From NCBI GenBank assembly GCA_000320545.1, contig ADNK01001862.1, positions 1 to 32,602 of the forward strand: a stretch of DNA of 32,602 bases, given 5' to 3'. The DNA comes from Bigelowiella natans CCMP2755. Lineage: Eukaryota > Protista > Cercozoa. Positions 22,884-32,602 of the stretch are shown here, in pieces. Position 1 is the first letter of the stretch. Every line of letters begins with the position of its first letter. The notes under the pieces are model-generated. The model did not search any database. It was given only the letters and a program-made list of their open reading frames with translations, and was not told the origin of the DNA. Position numbers and translations under genes: made by a program.

Positions 22884-25341
22884 TCATATGTTCGCTTGAA
22901 TCAGAAAAGGTCCATCCTGACGCAAACCCTACACCACACACACACACACACACACGCACGCACGCACGCACGTTTTTTCGAGCAATTTCTAAGTGGTAAA
23001 TAATTTTGTCTACAACCAGGCGCAAGCAATAAAATATTTTAACATCATTGACAAAAATTGAAAGCGTGACAGAACATGAGATAGCGAGCGATTGCATTGG
23101 CGCTATTAATTAATACACGGTACTTCCTAGCCACCTGCTGCATTGCCTCAAGCAGTTGAGACGTTGTGTCCACAGCTTTTGCCTAGTTATTTTGGGGAGG
23201 AGGAGGTGGAGGAAGGGGGATAAGGACCGATGATCGTCGCTGCCAACACATGCCCATCGTAGTAGACACAAGTATCGAAGAAGGAGAGAGGAGGAGGAGG
23301 AGGAGTGTTTCTAGCAACAAAGCAAAATTTTGGGGGGGGAAGTCTCACGATAATCGCGACAATAAATACACAATATTACAACCACCGGTCGAGAAATTTG
23401 ATTGTTGCTTCTACTAGAATCGTCAATATACAGTGCCATATTCAAGCAGCATTACCGGGACCCCCATCCCATTGGCCAGGCTGACCCAGTCGATCTGGGG
23501 GGAGGAAAGCTCCGTGGAAGCCTTAGCCGTGACCCCACTCAACTTCAACTTCTGCTTCGACTGCTCGATCTTGAGAATGTTGTACGTTCCGTTTCTGCAG
23601 ATGATACTGAGCACCTTCGATTTCTCCCGGGCCTATTTTTGTGTTTGAATCACAACAAAAGGCAACAATGACACCAGAGCAGACGCATCAACGCAGACCC
23701 TGCAACGTCGCACCTGAGACCATAGAGCTTGCAAGGTGTACATTCCGCTCCCATCGGCCTGGAAGTTTATCACCCGTCTCCCCGGACAAGCAATGGCTAC
23801 ACCTGTTGCGATTATTATTCGTTCTGTTGTCAGATGGTAGCCTACTCGTTTGCCACTATTAAATGTACTATGTGTGTGTGTATATATAATATTATAGTTT
23901 TAAGTCTTCGTTATACATTCGCAGGTATTACCGAGTGACAATGGCGGCCCAATACCGATTGCCCCGCCTGTTTAAGAGTCACAGTGCCAATGATGATGAT
24001 GATGATGATGATGATGACGATGATGCTCGAAGAGTGATGGTGGATGCAACAAAGAGGGATAGGAGGGGAATATGGAAAAGAGTTGGTTGCTGTTTATTAG
24101 TATTTTTATCATCAGTAAATAGCATTCGTAGTAAATAGCAGCAGAAGGGGTAGGCAGTAGTCAGAAAAGACTCATACCGGTCAGGGTAAGATGCGTGAAG
24201 GGCGTTGGTAGGGTTGATGAAGCATTCCTGCAAGGAAAGAAGAAAGAAGAGGAAGAGAGAGAGTAGTACTCGATGACAACGATTCTGATGATGATGATGA
24301 TGATGATGATGCCCACGCAAGACATATAGCCTCAGGACAAAGTCACTCGCAACCAACACCTCCTGCTACTGCACGAAGCAATGATGGCCGAGCGATTATG
24401 CGTTCAGGCATCATCGCAACCAGTAGGGAGAGGGGGGAAGGGGGGGGGGGGGAGGTATGGGTCCGTTGAGGACTCGCAGTAGTAGTAGTACTACAACTAC
24501 TACTACGATGTACAAAACAATGGGATGATGATGGAAAACGACCAGTAGGCAGTTCCAGATGTTAATGATTCATCGACGATTATGGCTCCTGAGGGAAGAA
24601 TGTTATAGAAAAGGAAAGCAGCAGTCAATGTGTTGTTGGTTGTAATATGCTGAATCGCTGTTGTGTAATTATTCACTGAGGGTAGCTGTTGGCCAAATTT
24701 TCGCCGTTGTCGTTTTTCATCATTGTTCTCATGGAATAAGGTCTTTTTTTTCTCATATTATTGGTGATGACGACGATGGTGACGATGATGATGGTGATGA
24801 TGATGATGATGGTGATGACACCCACCCTCGGGCTGCAAGAAAGCGATGGCTTCACACAGCTATATGGAATGGGGATGTATGGGGATTTCCAGCATCAGAG
24901 GCGTATCAGAAACAACCACATTATCAGCCTCATTATCATCATCATCAACAAGAAGAAGAACAAAGGAATGCGAGTCAACAACGGGACCATTACCTTCTGA
25001 GCGGTCAGCCTTCCCTTAGAAGGCTGTCGTCGCTTGCTGTTCTTCTTCTTCTTCGATGCTTTCTTATCCCCTTTCATCTCATTGACGCTGTTTCCATTGT
25101 TGCTGATGGTAGCGCCGTCCTTGCCCTCCCCCCCCTCCCCGAGGAGGCACTCGGAAAGATACTGCAGGCAACCAGCAACGTCGTGGGTTTTGATCTCAAC
25201 CACGGATGGTGACGGTGAGCTGCCCCCCCCTCCCCCCTGCGGAGGCAACAACTCAGATATGTGGTCGTCGTATCCGAACATCGCCACTGGAATCGATGCG
25301 CCTGGGGGGGTGTGAGGGAAAGAGTAACGACAGCAGAGAAG

Positions 25342-25373
<32 letters not shown>

Positions 25374-25765
25374 TGAAGATGAGGAAGATGAAGGAGACAA
25401 TGCTGGCGATATTGCACACAACAAGGTACGAAGACAGAATAGATGCCTCTAATCCCAAGAGGGTGTTGGTAGGAGGTCAATACCACTAGTAACAACATCG
25501 CACCTCTACCACCGTCGCAATCGCTAGGAGAACAACCACATCGATCGGCTTCAAGTGACTCTATGCTCTCTCTTTGGGGAAAAAAAAAAATGTTGGAATA
25601 ATATAATAATAAACTATTCAAAATCATCACCATCACCATCGTCAATGTCTACGCATCCTAGCAGGATTAAAAGTAGTAGTGTGACTGTACAGCAATAGCA
25701 ATGCTAATTCTCACCCACACACACAATGCTTGTGAACGATCGCAGGAAGTTCATCGCGTCCTGAC

Positions 25766-25815
<50 letters not shown>

Positions 25816-26364
25816 TCCTATTAATGAAGATGCATAGAGGACGTGGGGGGGAGGAATCTCGCATCAGATTGTATATTCAATTATGCCGTTCTCTCTCTCT
25901 TCCGCCCTTCTTCCTACTCGTCGTCGTGTCCCACAACACTCAAGAAGCTGTCTTCTGGCAGCATATCAGTAATAATAGTAATAATAGCAGGTATAATGAA
26001 ACCTTTGGAAAGTAAGGAATGCGCGCCACCGGTGGCAGGTTACCCCCTCTATCCACGCGAGAGAAGTTGTTCAGGCAGATGAGCTCACACCCGCTCAACG
26101 AAGCGATTCTACCGAAAACGACGACAGACGACAGCAGGGCAAGATGGTATATCAGGGAAACGCATCCTGTGCCTTCTCTCGCTCTATAACTACGACGAGA
26201 AGCAATAGAGAAGGGAGAAGCATAGTAAGTAGTAGTAGCAGTAGTAGCAGTTGTGGTAGTAGTAGTATGATCACGTCTGAGCATGTTCCAATCCTCCATG
26301 CTCTGCGAACGCCCGCGACACGAGCCCATTTCCGCCTTGGTTATACGAAACGAGCAAGCTTAGG

Positions 26365-26400
<36 letters not shown>

Positions 26401-26766
26401 TTTCGTCGTCATTTATCGTCATCATTAGTCTCTGTGGGTAATTGACGGAACAGTCCATAGTTCACAATGCGCTTTATCATCGTCTTAGCAGTCCATAGTT
26501 CAGAATGCGCTTTATCATCGTCTCAGAAATAGCAAACCACCCACCCAGGAGCAGCGCGCACTTGCCGCGGTTGTTGGATGACGTTCTTGAAGAGGAGGAA
26601 GAGGAGGAGGAGGAGGAGGAAGGAGCACTAGTGCTGGTGGATCTCAATGTCTTCAGCGCCATCTTCTGCAAGAACAGAAGGGAGAACAACGAAAGGAAGG
26701 AATGAACGAATGTCCCTCCCCTCACAACTTTCCTTTCATCACCATCTCCACTCTACTGCTGCAAGC

Positions 26767-26805
<39 letters not shown>

Positions 26806-26875
26806 AGTGCCTTTGCCTTTTAAGTTCCGCCATGTAGCACCACCAGCAGTGGTAGCAGGAACAACAACTCAAACT

Positions 26876-26909
<34 letters not shown>

Positions 26910-28192
26910 CATTCCCATCATCAGAGGAGTGTTGGACGCACTGGATCCCAATGCCTTCACGGAAACAAGCATCGATCACCACAGAGATTCAATGTGGGAG
27001 AAAGAAGAAGAAGAAGAACAAGAACAAGAACAAAGAGTGTCGTGAGGACAGTGGGGCTAGAAGGCGGATTTTGCTTAGAATGATATTCGAGATAAGGAGA
27101 CATGAGATGAAAGAGGAAGAGTAGCCGGAGGAGGAAGAATAGGAGGGGCGTTGGCGACTGCATCTTTGAAATCATCGATTTTCGGTCTCAGTAAGAGAAA
27201 TGGCGAGAGTTATCAGCAGACCTTCATGACGTGTAGTGACTGTCTGAATCCAGATGATTGGGACGATAGTGATTTCACCATCCCAGCAGCAGCAGTAGTA
27301 GTTGTAGTAGTAGCAGGGGACTTTGCTATCTCCAAGCCGCTCGCCCTTTCAATGCTCTGCCGCTATTTTGATTATATTCACTCAGTGTTCCAGCTTAGTA
27401 CAAGCACCGCGTTTTTTTTTTTTGGTTGTCATTGCAGATATGACTCATGCTGCTGATTAGAAGTATTGGTGGAATATGATTACCTGGACATCGTGGGGAG
27501 CGACAATGACAGAGATCTGCTCGAATAGTTAGTAGCATCCACCCAACCAACACAGGGAAACAAGAACAGTCGCCTCAAAAACATGATGACTCATGAACCC
27601 TCCCTCCCTCGCAATTCGAAATATGAAGCAGAGTGGCTGATGTGAGGGCTGTTCGCTAATACAATAATAATGGAGATGATGGTTGCGGATCTTGGAAGGC
27701 CATCAGGGGGAGGGGAGGGGGAGGGGAGGGGAGAGGAGGAGTACCCTCTTCTTGTCAAGCGATGCATTTAAGGGGGGGGGGGGCATTACTAACCTGGCTG
27801 GAGCTGACATCAAATTCTCTTGAATATCTCACTAAAAAGGGCATTGATAAATAGTCGGTTATTGCTGGGAAAGGTGCATACATAATCCCTGAGGAAATCA
27901 AAACACACAAACACACACTGCACCCCTCCAACTACGATCCCCCGACAACACCCCCCCCCCCCCCCCCCCCCTCCCTGGAACTACTCCCACCCGCATTCCG
28001 CGTGTCTCTTTCCAGCTGGCTCGGAGAAAGGGGTAGGAACACCTTCTCACTCACGGTGCGAGCGATTGACATGATATCCTGGTCGTAGTAGCACATGCAG
28101 CGGTAGTAGCAGTAGTAGTAGTAATAGTAATTGTTGTTGTAGGTGTTGCTGTAGTAATCAAATAGAGTGGGATGCAGTGTCATATCTCAGCA

Positions 28193-28232
<40 letters not shown>

Positions 28233-28360
28233 TACCATATCAAGCGGCGCGCCTTTCCCCCTGTGCCACGTTGCCATCTCCCCAACTATCACGATCATCT
28301 GATGACATGTAGACCTTGATGATGACGATGATGCTGATATGGTGGTGGTGGTGGTGATGA

Positions 28361-28391
<31 letters not shown>

Positions 28392-29300
28392 AGCGACGAG
28401 AGTTTCTCAACAATAATAACGATGCTGCTTTGTCTCTGTGTGGACTTGTATGGTATTGCAGAGGGCAGTCATTATTGTTTTTACGCTACCGGAGAGTGTG
28501 CCCTTTTCGCGTTATGGATATTAGCAAGCCCTGTGTTACAATATATGATGCATATCATCGTTCGCTGTAATCCAGTCTAGTCAGTGAATATATAGCAGTG
28601 GTACACTTGCTCGTTGATCTATTGAGTCTGATTTCTCCCAACTACTTCCCTGCTACTTCTCTTACCGTTAGAGAGGCCAACTCCAAGGTGAAGAAGTGCC
28701 CCACACCCTATTCCTACATCCATTCATATAGTTTCGAATGTGAGAATTCTTAGAAAGCGCTTCTTTTGTTTTGAAGTTCGTTGAACCTGTCATTCTAGCA
28801 TATCCATCCGCAGCGCCGGTAACTGAAAGGTGTTCATGATTCAGGATGATAAGCGAGGGCGAATCGACCAATTAAAGAAGAAATCTTATTTGCAATTGAA
28901 TGGCATTAGAGTCAGTATGACTCGCATTCTCAACGGAAATCTCTCGATTAATCTTTCGAGCTTCTTTCTTCGAACAAATCAGCATGGAAAATTGTGTGCA
29001 CATTGCCTAAATCTTATGACAAACATATGTTGCCCTTGGACGCAAGAATTACCAACATTCTCATGAAGACAGAGTATTGAGCGAACAGGCCTCGCCTTCC
29101 CTTCGCTGGACGCTTTGCTAGAGGCTGCTGCACGGTTGTTAACTACGAAGATGATAGCGGAATAAAAAAATATCATTGAACCCTCCTTCAAGGAGGAGGA
29201 CGGACAAATGCTGGTATTTCTTGATGGCTTTACCTTCATCTATAGCCTCAACGATGCACATCTGAGGGAGGGGGGGGGGGGAAAGGATTAGAGAGAGGGG

Positions 29301-29366
<66 letters not shown>

Positions 29367-29561
29367 GCAGGCGACATGAAAGAGCGTCTGAATTGGGGGC
29401 AGCAAAATAACATTAAACGAAGACAGAACCTCTGTCGTTCCTGGGTTGGAGAAAATCACCCGAACTCCCTCTTGGTGAAGAGTGTGTACCAAGGCAAAAG
29501 CCCCTGAGCAGGTGCTGCTGCTGCTATCCCCCCCCCTACTTCCGCTTCCACCAGAACTCAT
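22884..29561 (-). CDS. Thiamine-diphosphate-dependent enzyme, bacterial-type acetolactate synthase large subunit-like / benzoylformate decarboxylase-like, many exons
   Basis: Spliced motifs: [25 protein letters not shown]|[62 protein letters not shown]|[45 protein letters not shown], the ThDP motif [18 protein letters not shown]...[14 protein letters not shown] and GPFLIQANI*. Confidence 0.88.
26451..26526. repeat. 38-bp tandem duplication (36/38 identical) in an intron of the ThDP enzyme gene
   Basis: 26451-26488 cagtccatagttcacaatgcgctttatcatcgtcttag versus 26489-26526 cagtccatagttcagaatgcgctttatcatcgtctcag. Confidence 0.9.
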
Positions 29562-30505
29562 GCTGCCACTCAGATAATGGGCATCCAGCCTGATGCCATT
29601 CCGAGAGAAAATCGGGTATTTTCGTTGTCGTTGGCGTAAAATACATCCCAATTTAATACTGATTTGTCCCTCTGTCGTCTTCACGGAGAGCACGGTATGT
29701 GAATAGCAATGTCCTGGAATAGACTGAAATGGATCGGTGTTTTTCCCTGCGTCAGCAGCTCTCTGTCAAAACTGGAGATGAAAACCCTCTCATGCGGTTG
29801 CGCGCTGTCCGATCCTGGACTTCCGGATGACGAGAAGATCCTTGATGTGCCGGGCAAAGTCAGTGCGTTGATTCAGGAAGGCATGAGAGTGACAGCATTA
29901 GCTAGTTAGGCTGCGTGTGTTTGGCTGAGCTAACAAAATGATGAACAAGCACTTCAGTTGCCAACTTCGTGCATGAGTCATCGGAGCGAACCGAGGTGCT
30001 GCACTTGTCGACGATCAGTCCAGCCAGCCAGCAACGCTCCACATTGTGTTCAGCATTCCAGCATTGCTAGATTGCGTGCAAAGAAAATTCATCGAAATGT
30101 CTGCATGGTTGAGTGAGTGTGCAATGCAATTAGATCGCATTTCTGCAAGCCATGCTAGCATGGCTAGATGGCGAGTGCACGCCACATGTGCATGAGTGTC
30201 CATGTGAGCTAGAGGCATGCATGTGCACCATCTACACGTGTCATGCTAGCATGGGATGTCTAGATGTGTGCGGCGGCGCGCAACTCGTCAAAATTGTCGA
30301 CGGCCCCCGCTGTGATGCAACTTGTGTGCCACATCATGCATGCATCTGCATGCGATTGAAATGGGAGCTGAGCTAGACTAGCCAGTCGCGTTGGATTTCG
30401 TATCGCTAGCTTGTACAGTCTCACAATATTTGTTATTCACAGAAAATCACGGTCACAATGTACGCATCAAGTTGTTTCCGCAAACCTCATTCGTTTTCAA
30501 TATCT

Positions 30506-32375
<1,870 letters not shown>

Positions 32376-32535
32376 CTTCATCGTCGTGTAGAATGCCATT
32401 CCACGCACGTGCAACACATATAGTAGTACCAAAGAAGGCATGCGCTCAGACAGCATGATTGATTGATTGATTGATTGATAATGAGGAAGAATGTCGTAGA
32501 GCTCGGAGGCCAAAATAGCAGAGGAGGAGTAGTAC

Positions 32536-32574
<39 letters not shown>

Positions 32575-32602
32575 CCAACGAACCGTACTTACCAACCCAA
32601 CG

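Noticed and set aside
22884-22895. C-terminal -ANI of the ThDP enzyme as a peroxisomal PTS1, linked to nearby PEX11
   Set aside because: It is not a canonical PTS1, and the C-terminus simply matches the natural end of this family (GPxLIxAx).

Overview
Gene-dense eukaryotic nuclear DNA with many short exons and microsatellite-filled GT-AG introns. Most short ORFs in the track are intron or antisense artefacts. Splicing by hand gives eight protein genes: a Ser-rich type II membrane protein (-, truncated at the window start), an intronless DUF3605/HIT-like protein (+), a plastid/thylakoid-targeted DoxX-like membrane protein (-), PEX11 (+), a plastid PAP-fibrillin protein (-), an ITPK1-type inositol phosphate kinase (+), a bacterial-type ThDP acetolactate-synthase-like enzyme (-), and the 3' half of RtcB (-). 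There is also a tRNA-Arg(ACG) and a 517-bp MITE flanked by CTAG. Signal-peptide plus transit-peptide presequences indicate an alga with a complex plastid; a chlorarachniophyte is my best guess (inference). The most notable observations are a G3:U70 pair (the alanine identity element) in the tRNA-Arg, spacers downstream of gene 3' ends packed with short TA/CTAG-centred palindromes next to a CTAG-flanked MITE, and frequent AAG splice acceptors. All exon models were made by eye and no searches were run.
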